A program made the translations under genes and the position numbers. Under the pieces are notes generated by a model. That model had not been told where the DNA came from. It worked only from the letters and a program-made list of their open reading frames with translations, and ran no database searches. Below are positions 50,012 to 63,947 of a stretch of DNA of 64,000 bases, piece after piece; positions within the stretch are counted from its first letter, which is position 1, and the number at the start of each line of letters is the position of its first letter. Location: NCBI GenBank assembly GCA_973895155.1, contig OZ316896.1, positions 9,011,539 through 9,075,538 on the forward strand. Direction: 5' to 3'. The DNA comes from Marsupella aquatica (Eukaryota; Plantae; Marchantiophyta).

Positions 50012-53000
50012 TCACATGAGGAGGTCGTAGAGCACTTCTGGCCTTCTCCGTAAAGGTGCACACAATTCCTGTTGAGAAACCCCGAGGCATGAACTTAAGA
50101 TGCAGTATCCAGACTCGTCGGGCAGAACCACGAACCAGAAAAGATTTGATGCGAATAATAAAAGTGCACCAAACGAACCAAGCCAAGCCAAAACATCGAA
50201 ACGAACAAACTTTACTTAGCAAACTATTTGCTCAAGGTCCAATCCTGAGCACATCACAAACGGTACCATTGCGTCAATTATTTTAACAGTTAGGAGAGTC
50301 TGACCTCCAGAGCGGCGGCAAGTTGCAAAAGCGTTGATTCAGCCCATGGACGACCAATCAACTGAAGCCCAATTGGCAGTCCATCCTTGTCGTGCCCAAT
50401 CTGTGATACAACGAGATTAATAATTGTCTTCAGTGCAAATTGCCGAGAAAGCTCGCCAGACCACATAACTGCAATTGAAATGACTTCTAAGCTCTTGCGT
50501 GATGCAACCAGAACACACACCAAGCAGTTCAGAACCTCTGGTTTCATGAACTAACGAAATTGAGTAACATAATAAATTAGCATTAAAAGGCCAAAACACT
50601 ATAGTTTACCACAATAAATTTGACCAAACCAAGCTGGAATACTTGGGTTATAGCAATGAATCAGTACCGGAACAGACACTGCCGGAAGACCCAAGAAATT
50701 CCCAGCAATTTGAAAGCGCATGAGCTTGGCTGTTGTCAATGTCGTGTCAGCACCGGTCATCACATCAAAAAGCGGAACAAAAATCAGGATTAAGCAAATT
50801 TAGAGATCTCCAGTTTTTCAAGCTCATTCAAGCCTTCTGGTACATCACATAATGATTATTTTGGAGAACGATAATGACCCACAAATGACAATAAAAGCTA
50901 CAAACTCCAAAGAAAAATATTCAAATTTAGAAAAGATTGACGAGTTCTAATTCGATCCAATCACATCACTTAGAACAAAGTCGGCAATATCAAGAATTAC
51001 CTCCCGTAATATAGTTGAGTTCCCCGTATTTGAGAGAATCTTCCAGCAAAGGAGGGGCTGTGCAACTGGAGAAGAGCCACAAATAAAGGGAAGGAAAGGA
51101 ATGTAACCATGGTAAAGGAAACAGCACGAGTCAAAGCACCTCTCACAAGCCTTGCTGCTCACATGGAATCAACAGGTCGGGGCGTTTCAATTACCCAGTG
51201 ATAGGAGTGACCACAACATCTGCTTTCTTGAAAATATCCATGAAGTAGTGCATTTGCCGGAACCTGAAAAACAACAATTTTGTCATGACGTTCTTCAAAG
51301 ATCTACAGGACCAGACTCCCTTTTTTCTGCACCGTGCATTTAAGATCCGAAAGTTCTTGACAGTACATATCTAACTATATCCAGTGACATAGAATGAAAA
51401 GAATTCTCTTAGGATAGATCAGTAAAGATTGTTGCAATCAATTAGAGTTACTCTTTTCCCGTGCATTGCACTGGCATGTCATACCTCATGCGCTGGGAAG
51501 CGATGAACTCCACATTGGTGAAGGTCTCGTATATAGAAAAACCAACTCGAACATCCGCTCCAGAATCATCGACGCCTCTGCACTCAATAAATTTCAATTT
51601 TCAAGCTGTATTAATCAAACCTCAAGGCCTCATGATAAAATTCTTTCTTCAGGCATTCTTCGAGAATACTCTGGCTTTGTCCAGAGAGGTATTCTCGACC
51701 TTTGCACAGAAGAGGGAAAATAAGAGTTAGGTCACTTAAGATCAGGTGCACCGAGACAAACATCACGGACTCGAAGCAGATCAGATAAGACTAGTAACTC
51801 ACTCTTTGATAGTACAAGACTGCAATAGTTTCGATCAATTCAAGCTGCTGAGGCGAACTCTATAAACTGGACCCAGACAATGAAAAGGGACTTTTGCCTT
51901 CAAGTCTTCTAAATAAACAGGGTTATGCAGAGTGGAAGCACCCTACGCTTTATGATAGTCGGACGCCAGAGAAGCATAGCATTCACTGCCAATGGTGATG
52001 AAGTGTGCCAACCTCATCTGCTCTATTTCTGGCACTGTAACCTCTACAATCTGCTCAAAATCCGCAGAGTCAACATTTCAAAACTTTTCTCAAAATAGAA
52101 GGGTCCAAACTCAATGTAGATAATGCTCTCAACGACTCTACTTCACTTATAACCCTAAAAAGCTAACAATTCTGCGATACCCCCTTATAAAGCTTTGGGC
52201 ACGATTCCAGACTCCTTCGAAACGTACTTCGTTACCATATGCTTTTTGAAGTAGGCCGAGAGCGTGATAACAAGCACCCTTCACCTCATCATCTGAGTCA
52301 TCGAACCACTGGTGCAGAAAGAGAGTTTTGCCCGGGTTAGCATTTGCGATTCCAGAATCAGATAGAATCCACGATTTCAACTCCCAAAGTGCAATCTTGC
52401 GGACTTCGACAACCGAAAGTAACACGTTGGAATTTGGCTATAATAAGTATGAACTGTGCTAACGTGCAAGGTGCAAAATAATGGTAGACGTTCCATTTGC
52501 ACCACTATGGCAAATCTGAAAATGTTAGAAGTACGCAATTTGGGGCAGTACCTATACTTTATCAGTGGAGTAGCCCTGATACCTGATCCAGGTCACTAGC
52601 AAATGCAAACTGTAAATGCACACTGTAAATGCACCGAACTGTTGTAGGGTGACATGCAACAAATCATGAAATGCAACTCGGACACCTCTTTAGAATAGGA
52701 GCTAACCCACCTCAGAATACTTCGCAAGTTTGAGGCCTCCCACCGATTGTGCTTTGCTCGGTTCACCCTCAGGTCGGTCCCTCAAAACCGGAAACGTTGC
52801 GGAAGGCTGACTCAAAACACGATACAAGGTAGTAGAAGATCAGAACATTCACCATTAGAAGTCTAGTCAAGCACCCAAGGAATGCCGCGTTAATTTTGCA
52901 CTGACAATGACCTGGGACTGTAGCAGGTAAAACATCACACCCCACGGACGAGGATACTGTACGTATGAAATTGGTTCCATCGAGGTTAATCCACTCACAG

Positions 53001-56000
53001 GTAATGATACAATTCTATCTTGAGGAAGGTGCCCATGAACAGCTGCGTACCTGCAAGTAAACAAACGGTTCTATATTCAATCAAAACATTTGGAATACCT
53101 TATTTCTACCAGGTAAAAGAGGTACCGTGGTCTATGAAGCTCCTGGACAAGCCTAATTATCTCAGGGGCCTGTGGTGAGCTAAGAATATCTCAGCAACAC
53201 TTATGTCAATTAAACGTCTAGATCACAATTTAAAATGTCTTAGCCCGTCTCAGCTAGAGAAAACTGAACATCGAATACGATTGGACCGCAATTACATGAT
53301 AAGAGCATCCTCCACCGTTGCCGTCAAAGTACCCAGCATTCCCACTGTCCAATTCAACGGAATGATTCTGCAAAAATGGAACGAAGAAAATATGTAAGGA
53401 ACACAAGGTCAGGTCAAGTTAAGAACCTCCTTGAACTCATACTACACCATCAGTGTTCAAAATTCATGCGTTTTTTAACCCGTAACGGTCGCACTCAGTT
53501 GTGCTCGGCATTCTATGCAGGTGCTGAAAACTTACTGACAAGACAAGGCATCCATCCAAGATTCAATGCTATGCAGATTAATTAGGTCGAAGACCGTATT
53601 GCACTGCAGGTTAGAAATTCACCCTGCACTGGAAGTTCGGCCAAATGTAGCCTTGAATCCAACCACACCACAGAGTCCAGCCGGCATTCGAACAGACCCT
53701 GCAAGCAGACAAATGAACTTAATTGTTTCCTGCTGGATAACTCAGGGCTACGAGACTAAAGAATCTGATAACGAATCGCCGGAACAGTTGCCCGTCCCGA
53801 ATCGATTAGTGTATTTCCGTCTATATTATCAAATTCCGACTACCTCTGTACAAAACCCCGTCCCGCTACCCTTGCAAGCATGGTGTTCCACAAGCACAGT
53901 GGCCCTCTTGGCAAAGTCCTGAAATCTATACCTCCGCCGTCAACACCGAGAGCCGCAGGACACAGACCAGCTGCAACCGCCGCAGCAGATCCCCCCGAAG
54001 AACCACCTGAGACTCTGTCTATCCCATATGGATTACGAGGTGCCCTGTAAGACAGATGCAGTCCAACAGTCAAACAAGGTTTTCGCCTTGGTATACCATG
54101 TCTTCGTGATTATGGTTTCATTTTTGGAACTTCCGATAGGGCAAAACGAAAGATATTAACTAAAGCTTTAACGAAGATGCAACTGTGAAGTGATCGAAAA
54201 GCCAAGTATGTGACATCCATTCACAAACTATCTTATCCAAAACGACTGAAAGGTACTCGAGCATTCCATACCCGTAGTGGGGATTGATACTTGTGGTGCC
54301 CATCCCCAATTCATGCATGTTTGTTTTCCCCACCAGGACTGCACCACATTCTCGTAACCGCTTGACACACATAGCATCGTCTTTGGTCATCCGAACTTTG
54401 TGCAGCCACTTCGTGCCACCTACCCCAACGACGTGAACAACATCTCATCTCAGGATCGATTGGTAAGTGAAGTACCAGACTAGGAAAATTCAGTACAATT
54501 CAACCCAACAACAGCCGACACGTGAAACTTCCTGGCATTTGATAGACAACGTACCTGTTGTAGGATACGGGAGGCAGTCTATCTCGTCTTTGACTGCAAT
54601 TGGCACTCCATCGAGTACTGACAATGGCTCTCCTGTTGACAGAAGGGAACAATACATGAGTCGGCGGATCACAACTCAACATTACATGCAGCCAACAGAT
54701 AAATATCATACGAAAAGAGGTCTTATTACTCACCGGCACTCCCGTGTGATCGATGGTAGGAAAAACATGCGACTAAGTTGCTGTTGACAAAGTGAGTAGT
54801 TCTAGGAGAATGAAAATGAAAACTTCACAGAATGAAGAGGTAGCGCAGAATCACCTTTCTGGTATCGAGTGGTGGATGCTTCCGCTTGACGAAGAATATC
54901 CTTCTGATCAAAATTAATGAACAAGAACATCCCTGGAGATTGTTTTATGGTTTCGTCCAGCGCAGATAAGAAACTCTCGGCCACCTAAGAGCGCAGAAAT
55001 TTGAGGTTCAATTAGCCAAGTGAGGGAGTCGAATTTCACACGAATTAACAGATATTTCATATGATACACTCATTTGATTTAACACATACCAAAGTGGGAG
55101 TGACACTGCCAGCGCGGTAACCTTCCGCATAATCTCGTATAGTCCAATGTCGAAAGTTAAGCTTGCCTTGTTGTTTGACTACACTCACTGCCTCACCTTG
55201 CTTGAAGGGCGGGAGGCATGTCACGGCCGCTTTTACTCGCTCCGGTGGCGGTAATCGAGAATCAATCGCAAGGTCAGGTTCTAGCTGATCCAACCTTTCA
55301 AGTCCTGAGGAAAGAGAAAACACGCCGCTTCCAAGTAAATCCTCTTACTGAACAGGTCATCAAATAAGAGGGAGGTTTTTCTAGTACTGCTCACCAATGA
55401 CATTCAAATCTACAGCTCTACTTGCGAATAGTTCCGTGAGAGAGACCAATCCAAACGCGCCCATGGTAAGCCATCCCCAAACTAAAATGAAGAGCATGAC
55501 TTCCTAGTTGAGGCGGACCAGATTTCGATTACTGACCTTCTTCAGGGTACTGCGAAGTGTACATGGGCGGCTCCTGATATATTGCTTTCGAGAAAAACTG
55601 TTCCACAATTTGGAGCAGATGTCAGGTCAGTTAATGTAGCGAAGAGATCGAGACAACCCCCAATCCGATTTAATCGAATGACAGTGGGCAGTTATCGGAG
55701 GGGATCATTCCATTTGTTCCCAAAAGCTGCTTGATTAATTTGGGAAACATGAGTTGCCAGAGTCCTTCCGTTCGTGACATACTACATCAACAGGAACCAG
55801 CAATGGTAATGCAAAAACAGTTCAACGTGAACAGCTGCATTGCGCCTCCAATTTAAACATCTATCCCACATGGTGCTGTAATCAGCGATATTGTCCTTAC
55901 AGACGTGGACATGTACCTTTGTGATAAGGTTGTCTGTCTTCAACTTGGGCTTCAAAAAGCTTCCAGTCAACCCGGTCTCCAACATCCAAACGAAACATTT

Positions 56001-57437
56001 CAGCGGAAATCCTGCGAGTCGTGGTGCTGCACGGCCCAATCCAAATATGTCGACAAGGTGTCAGTAAACCGGCTCAGGTAGAGCTGGCTAGCTCTTTCAC
56101 TGTCGTCAAGCCAAGCCACGCAACACCACTTCTGTCTGAGCCAAACACCAGTGTATCCAGGCAGCGTCCTTCCTCAAGGACTGCAGGCGACCTTACGCGG
56201 GGTCATGTGAGTTGAACTTGGTCTATTAGATCCACAAATTGTAGATAAACTTATATTTAACCTCCCCCGACACGTGCAACAGGAAGTCCTATGCAATTCG
56301 TACGAGCTCGAGTGTGACTGGCTGATAGAAGTACTTGCCCACTGAATATCGCTTGCTTGCAGGAATTATACAATGCCACAACAGACGGGCAGCGCAAAGT
56401 CGACTCGTATCCTGGAATGCATTATTCTTGACACCGACGGAGGGAGCACATGTATCATTCCATTGAAAAGTTAGCTCCAAGAAATCGCACGACTGTGTAG
56501 TAAGAGCACTTTTGCGACACTTCGGAAGCGTAAAAAGATTCCTTCATGCACGAAGACTGTCCTGCAACCTGGAATTCACAGTCCTCCGTGTCAAATGCTT
56601 CGAAGGGAAGAACAGCCACAGATCAAGGTGGAGAGCCGGCTAAAACGTGCAGTTGTGGAAGTTGCAGTCCTCTCATTATTGAACTAATCCCGGCGTCACA
56701 GGAAATCAATTGTGATGAATAAGTCTCCGACGCTGTCCGACCATAACTCCGTTTGGGATATTCACCTCGGTATTATGGTAAGCGCGGGGTTAACGGGGCT
56801 ACGGAGTGAGTGGTTTACTCGAAACTAGAAGCAGACAACGTGGTGTTCTGCGACATCGTTCAAACTAGCTACTGTAGCCGGTTACTTTCCTGGAGTCAGA
56901 TTAAACTCCGTTCTCAAACCTCCTTACCGGAAAGGAAATGTGATAGCAAATTGGAGCTAAATAGTCAAGCCGGACAGGCCGACCAAATCAAGGAATCCGA
57001 GACCAATCTCAAGGCCAAGACGGAGCGCTTGATATGTCAAACCTGCATGTTCGGAGTGGAATCAAGCAGCACAAGTAGAGTTAAGGGGGACAATTCCATT
57101 TAGTTCTCTTACCGACACGTCCCGTGCATGGCACTGTACAACTGCTCCCTTTCGTTATAAACTCGTGTCATAGCGCAACACCCACTCAAATCTCCACAAC
57201 GGGCGGAGCAGACAGACACGCAGTGCCACATTCGTTCTTTCTACACTTTCCTAGCCAAACGACAAATCAGAGCTCGGAGAGGATAGATACATAGATAGAT
57301 AGTAAGCAGAGAGCATCGTCACCTCGAACAATTACGTGCATGTAGTCCGCATCGCTGGAGTCGGAGGTGCTCATCTTCTCCACTGGAACGAAGTCCTCGC
57401 GCTCTTTTGAAGAAACTCCCAACAATGTGAGCCCCAT
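50012..57437 (-). CDS. FAAH: Fatty acid amide hydrolase (amidase-signature family), many exons; first exon 57437-57323, second starts 56026, last 50068-50012
   Basis: [47 protein letters not shown], amidase signature [26 protein letters not shown]|[30 protein letters not shown], and terminal [18 protein letters not shown]. Confidence 0.93.
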
Positions 57438-59150
57438 TGTATCCCCCAATCCCCTCCACCCCCAAGCCCCTGCACCCACCCCCCCTCCCCCCCTCTCGGT
57501 CCTCCCACGCACGCGCGCCTCCTTCCCCCCTCCCCCCCCCCCCCCCCAACCCCACACCACCCCTATCCTCCGCCCCCAGTAACCCTGCAAAACCTTACGG
57601 CAATCGTCCTTCCTCCCACGACGTCCTCGCTTCTCCTGCACGCACCAACTCAATAAATTACATCTTTCTGTCCTTGTCAATTCTCCTGTCCTTCTCTATT
57701 CAACGACTGCAACGCAATGCAGGAGCCAATATCATTCTGCGCGATTTGCCAGACCCGCCCACGCCCTATGAGACCGCACTAGCATGACGTTCCTTGGCGG
57801 AGAATTTTCACAGAAGGCTAGAACGACCAGGCTGGTATCTCTACAAGTCTACTACCCTGCAACTGTGTTGGCAGCGGACCCAGAACTCAGACGCAGCAGA
57901 ACTCTTGCTGCAGCATGCGCTTCACCAACAGCAAACACCAACCAAACGGCAACGAACGAATGAATGCGGTGTCCTGCGGTAGTTGACGAAGGGCGTTCAA
58001 TACTTCAATACCTTGGTATACGTGCCACCACGGTGGGGTGGGCGGTGATGGTGATCGTTTTACGGTACTTTTTCTCGAATCACCGGATTACGCTTCACCA
58101 TCCGTACTGTCTTACTAGTTTTCCTCACGCCACCTCCACCACTGCTGCACTGCAGCACGCCTCGTCTCGACTGTCGATGCAACAGAATGATGAGGTCCGA
58201 CTACTCCTACGCACTTACGTCACAATCAATTATTATTTCAGTAATTCAGTGAGTCCGTTCCATACCTGTCCAAGAGCCACGCCCTTCTTCGTACCTCTCA
58301 TCCACACTTCGGTCCACTTCCCCTCCCAATTCAATGCACTCAGTGCACGCTCCTCTCTCATCCAGTCATCCACCGACTAAATCCACACAGCTCCTCAATG
58401 TCTCTCCAGTCGTCCCCTTCTCGGCTTCTCTGCTCCCTGTCTATGCAGCGCATCTGTCGCAGTAGCAATGTACCAGTGCTGTACAGTACTTCTCACCAGA
58501 ATTCGTCCACGTTCGCGATCTTCTAGAACAACATGATACGGTACCGTAGCCTTTCTCTCCGCTTGCTCCCGTCCGCATGCGCGCATTCAAGCGTTCCAAG
58601 CTCTCACCATAATTCTTCCGAAAAGCTCGCTGCTCCTGACTCCTGTGCTCCAAGCTCTGCACCCCCTCCCAATTGCATTCAAGCTCTGCACCCTCTCACC
58701 ATAATTATTCCCAAAAACCTCGCTGCTCCAGCATTCCTCCCAATGACCCAATGTCCCAATTGCTTTGCAGTTTGCATCTTCCGTTTGTTGCCGCCACAAT
58801 TCTTCTCTCTTTGACGGTGTCATATGAAGACCTCATCCATCCGTTCGGCCAACACCCGCTCGCATACGAATGGTTCCGATTCCGACTTCCATACACGACT
58901 CTCGTCATTCCTCAATCAACAGCTTCACTTGCCATCTTTCCTCGATTTTGCAATTCCGCGCATCCAGCGCTCGAAATTGGGGTCGCAAAACTTCGCGCGA
59001 CATCCCTTTTTGAACGCCGCTCATGAATCACGGACGCCCGTACGTGTACACGCCAGCAGCGCCGCGGCCCCACCCCCTCTGCCTTTTTCCGCCTCTTTCA
59101 CGGGATGTTGCGACACGATAACGGCGGTCGGGGATACACTGGCATACAGC

Positions 59151-59480
59151 TCTTTGACCGGAGGGTGAACTAAACCTGACCAGCGGCAGCCCGTCGGGAA
59201 AGTTTCCCGACTAGTACGGGAGCAGGTTCAGGCTAGGACCCTCCCCAGAAGTCCTTTGTCTTAGTGTATAATATCCAATCCTGCCACCTGGACCTCCGTC
59301 ATGGTATGTTACGTATGCGGTTGGGGTTACACTAGTTTATAGCATATTGACCGGAGGGTGAATACAAGCTGACCAAGGGTAGATAGCTGACCAAGGGTAG
59401 ATAGCCGGGAAACAACGCCGAGCATTATGGGAGCAGGTTAGGCTAGAACCCTGCCCAGACCTCCTTTGTCTCATACTATG
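59151..59480. repeat. Two diverged copies of a ~130-nt element with internal pairing potential (~59151-59262 and ~59347-59472)
   Basis: Both copies share ttgaccggagggtgaa...ctgacc...gggagcaggtt..ggctag.accct.cccaga..tcctttgtct. Copy 2 contains an 18-bp internal duplication (gctgaccaagggtagata). Confidence 0.8.
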
Positions 59481-59691
59481 CTCTCCTGCACTGGGATCCA
59501 GTGTCCATAATTAATTAAACTAACTTTTGGTGTCAATTAAAAATTTATTTGGTCAAATTCCAGCACAAGGTGAGTATCTGGAAAAATATGGTAAACTATA
59601 AATTTTAGACAAATATGTAGGAGAAGTCAAGGTATGCAAAAGAAGAGAATGCAATTAATAAGTACATTTGGGTACCAGTGGTTCATGTTGT

Positions 59692-59964
59692 CTAGGTTAC
59701 ACCCGGCACTCCCGACCTACGCTACAAATTAAATTATATTTTATGGGCTGAATTTTCAGTTAACTCCAAATCTTATTTCTGCCTCCAAAATGACTCCAAA
59801 TCTTATTTCTGCATATACTATTTCTCCGCATATGATAGTGTAAAATAAAGTGTACACAATAAAGAGAGGGCATTTGTAACAGTTCAACTTTTTTGACCTA
59901 ACCTCTTTGATCTAGGGTACACCCAGCACTTCCAACCAGCGCTACACATTAAATTATATTTTAT
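59692..59964. repeat. Dispersed ~53-bp direct repeat pair
   Basis: ctaggttacacccggcactcccgacctacgctacaaattaaattatattttat (~59692) and ctagggtacacccagcacttccaaccagcgctacacattaaattatattttat (~59912). Confidence 0.8.
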
Positions 59965-60113
59965 TTATTAAGAACAACCCAAGGTCAGAATATTATTCTC
60001 GTACTACTTTCAATCTCAAAAACATGCATGCACCTGAGTAAACACACCCGGATCTTTAGAAGCTTCTAATAGTTTCCATGAATATTATTTTTAGGTTTCA
60101 CAAGGCTTCCAAG

Positions 60114-61949
60114 ATGAAAGTGAAGTCTGGATGGACCACCATGTTGTTCATTGGGGTCCATGGGAGTTTTGGGCTTACAATTTGATGATTTTGAGTCTGA
60201 AAATGAATTTTAGTTTTTCACCTGCAAGGCAACTAGAGAAAGAGGAGACATAGAAAAACACAAGCCCTAACACAATGAAAATTAATCTAATAAAATTGCG
60301 CTCCATGAAATGATTTGCTCAAACCCATATGTCACTTTGTATGCCCTACCATCACCTCTTGCTGACATTGCCTCCCCATTTGATTCAATGCTGCACCTGT
60401 CTACTCTCATTCCTATTGATACTTTCCAATGGTGAAGTGGAGACTCTTTCAGTCTCCCCTTGCCAAAGTCAAGTTAGGAGCTTCCACTTAAAATAATGTT
60501 TCAATGGCAAGCTCGAGATCAATTAATAGCACTGGCACTGGCATCAGCTTGGCAAATTATTCTCGTATGACATCATAAGGCCTAGCAGGAGAGTGCTAAG
60601 ATTTTAGTGCATGAAATCCATAGAGAGGTCAGAATGGTACTTGATATGTCTAGACAGCCAGGTTCCTCTAGTGGTACAGCTTGAGGACTGACCAAGGCCC
60701 GTTCGAGTGCAAATTTACCTAGCCCATTCGGCTGGGGATTAGCATGAGGAAGTGTGCAGACACATTTAGGAGAGGCCATCACCCAAGCCATAAAATCTGT
60801 GACTTTCTCCACTTTGTCACCAACACTATGAACCCTAAGATTGGTACTACTGTGAAACAGTTGCACAAGGATAGTAGTTGATGGGTTCTGCTTGGGGCTA
60901 TCCTTCGCAGGCTCTTTTGTCTCTCATGGCTTGAATAGGTTTTGTTTCTCCTTAAGGTGTGGTTGTTGCCCTGCTCGGGTCACATGTTCAAATCCTGCAG
61001 GATGCGTAGGGCACAAGACACTTTGTGCATATGCATTAGTATTTGCTAGATACATTTACTTACTTAATGATCTGATAAATGGTTGGGAAACAAAACAATC
61101 AGCAATTATAGCTCCTTCGGGAGTTTTATGATTATGTTTGTTATTAGGTGTTAATCTTCTGGGAAGGCATTTACGTAGTTATAGATGGGTACCCAAAAGT
61201 CTATAATTTTAATTGAATATATGAAGTGCAATTTCAGTTCTATAGGTAATGCATGATCAGCAGGAAGGATAATAAGCTTGGTATCAGTGAAGCACCCATG
61301 GATTTCCAAAGATGAGATAGACTGACTCAGAACATCAAAAAATACTGGGCAAGCACTCTTTACAGTTTTGAAAGAAAATTTGCTCTCACCTTTGCTTTAT
61401 TGATAAGGCTTCCTGCTTGTTTGCACTCACATGGACAAAATGTTGAATGTTCCCCAAGATTGTGACCTGTATATGGGCTTCTGACTGCTTGCAGCTGGTT
61501 TTAATTAGTTTACACAACAGTTAGTTGCTGCTCATGTGCAAACTACTCAGGGCTTCCCTCCCCAAGTGTTAAGTAGATGCTCATGCCCGAACAACTCAGG
61601 GCATCCTTTCCCAAAAGTGGCAACTAATTGTTGTTTATGCACAAATTAACTACTTAGGGCACCTTTCACAAAAGTAAAGTATCCTTTTTCAAAGTGATAA
61701 GTCGTTGCTCATGCTCAGGGCCTCCTTAAATTATGTTAGATTAATTTTCATTGTCTTGGTATGAAATATTAGTGCTTGTGTTTTTTCACGACTCCTCCTT
61801 CTCTAGTTTCCTTGGAGATAAAAAACTAAAAATTATTTTAGAGCTCATAATAATCAAATTATAAGCCCCAAACTCCCATGGACCACCAATATGTGCTAGA
61901 CAGGAGGGCAATGTCCAACATGGAGGTCCATCTGGGCTTCACTTTCATG
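60114..61949. mobile_element. ~1.8-kb non-coding element bounded by ~190-220 bp imperfect inverted repeats (non-autonomous TIR or foldback-like)
   Basis: 60114-~60298 (atgaaagtgaagtctggatggacc...ccatgggagttttgggctta...caatgaaaattaatctaa) is the reverse complement of ~61730-61949. No target-site duplication was identified. Confidence 0.6.
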
Positions 61950-61971
61950 TTTATCTAGTTATGAGCAAAGG

Positions 61972-62137
61972 TGAAGGATTTTCTTGATGGGACCCCAAAA
62001 TGAATTGTGTTACTTGATAAGACCCCTGAAGATTTGAGTACATTGATTCAAGGTCAGTCAATCAACCGTGTGCATCACTCATGGGTCCTATCAAGTAACA
62101 GGTTTCATTTTGGGGTCCCATCAAACAAATTCCTCAA
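61972..62137. mobile_element. MITE-like ~165-bp hairpin element
   Basis: ttgatgggaccccaaaatgaa...tgttacttgata.gaccc is mirrored by gggtcctatcaagtaaca...ttcattttggggtcccatcaa. Confidence 0.7.
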
Positions 62138-62452
62138 CAAAGTTTGGTAAATTTATGTTGAGAAAATACAACATTCACAATGGCGAGCCCATGAACCATC
62201 CAATGCATAAATAGATGACACAAAGAGATGTTCACCTAAGTTGAGGTTACATCCATGGGAACACACAAGAACTTTATTGCATTCTAGACCTATCAAATCA
62301 TACCGAGTCTCTACAATTATACAAAATCTCTCAACTGGTTCCGTAATCATGAGCTTGTGAGTTCTTGTTATGGAAACACGATTTGAGATATAATGTGTAA
62401 TCTAGTTAACCTAATATAGTCTGCAACTAAAGTAAACCTTAAGATAGTTACA

Positions 62453-62685
62453 TTAGTAAACTTAGACTAAGAATAAATGTTTAAATTGGGGTTCTTGTGG
62501 GAGCTTTGCCCATAACTAAGCTAATTTGTGAAGGTTCTCAATCCTAGCTTTGCTTTAGTAAAACTTAGACTAAGAATAGATGTTTAAGTTGGGGTTCTTG
62601 TCGGAGCTTTGCCCATAACTAAGCTAATTTGTGAAGGTTCTCAATCCGAGCTCTGCCCATAATTAGTCTAATTGTGAAGGTTCTT
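62453..62685. repeat. ~102-bp tandem duplication plus a partial third copy
   Basis: ttagtaaa(a)cttagactaagaata.atgttta..ttggggttcttgt.ggagctttgcccataactaagctaatttgtgaaggttctcaatcc x2. Confidence 0.9.
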
Positions 62686-63058
62686 GTGCGAGAGGGCAGG
62701 GGTTTCCAATCCCACCATCAACCCTATCTTCCGTAATTATAGCTCGTTCAGATTCAGATCATTCGAAGCAGGGTGAGATGTTCAGCTTCGCCATCGTCAT
62801 CCTCGCCTCTCCAATTGAAGGACCGATCGAGATTTGTGACGAGAAATACGTAATGACAATGCGAACTTCACAGTTGGGCTGTTTGTACTGATCGGAACTG
62901 TGGGTGCCAATCACCATCTTCGCTTTGAATCTGGCTTTGTGAGCGCTCGCGCATTCTTCAGCACAGTGAGTGGCAGCGTTGGAGACCCCAGCGAATTGAA
63001 GCACTTGCTGTGTGAACTTTGAAGTACACCGACGAGAAGAGTGCTTCCTGCGGCGGTT

Positions 63059-63947
63059 ATGGAAGACTCCAACAATGGGGCCGGTGCTGAAGTTGCAGCG
63101 GCAGCAGTGGAGGAGAATGGGACCGTCGGAATCCAGGGTGGAGAGGCAGAGGCAACAGCGGCAGAAGAGGCGGAGCAGGTTGTGACGCCATGGGAGGTGG
63201 CTGGGAAAGGGGCCATCGACTATGACAAGCTCATCGTCCAGTTTGGGTGCCAGAGATTGGATAGGGCGCTGGTTGAGAGGGTTGAGCACCTCACGGGAAG
63301 GCCAGCCCATCCATTCCTTCGTCGGGGCGTCTTCTTTGCGCACAGGTCTGTTGTTCGTTCCCCTCAGCTCTTTTCCCTTACCTCTTGCACGTGCCTTTGC
63401 CATGCCATCCAATGTGCTCTAAAACGGAATTGGGAAATCATTCTCTGTAGCTGTTCATGTCTCTCTTTTTCACTTGGCAACTGAAGAATCTTTTTGACTT
63501 GGCAACTGAAGAATCTCCTGTAATCTGAGTTCCATTTTTATATTATGCTACTCCCCATGGGGGTTCTAAGATAGCAGACCTAGTAAACCTAATACCACAC
63601 ACGAATCCAGTCTTAAGTCTTCCGACGACTCTTAACAATGAGAGGGGAAGGATCAACGAAGAGTTTAGACAAGATCGTTCCACACTCAATACACAGGCAC
63701 GCGGGATTGCGGAGGGTCAACACTTGGAAATTTGTGAGTCCCCTTTATCCGTTCCAATTGAATTTCCAGAAGTGAACACCTTTCAATGACTCAAGGCCTG
63801 GTTTGTCTTGGTGTTGAATGGAAGCAGGGAGTTCAATCAGATTCTTGATGCGTATGAGAAGGGTGAGAAGTTCTATTTGTACACGGGAAGAGGCCCATCA
63901 TCTGATGCTCTCCACCTTGGGCATTTGGTCCCCTTCATGTTTACAAA
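63059..63947 (+). CDS. WARS: Cytosolic tryptophanyl-tRNA synthetase, 5' part; exons 63059-63345 and 63828-63947, continuing beyond the window
   Basis: EQVVTPWEV...[11 protein letters not shown]...[13 protein letters not shown]|[40 protein letters not shown], containing the HIGH motif HLGH. Confidence 0.95.

Noticed and set aside
59176-59205. Hammerhead-ribozyme-like CUGA...GAAA
   Set aside because: The core reads CUGACCAG rather than CUGANGA, and the stem arrangement does not fit.
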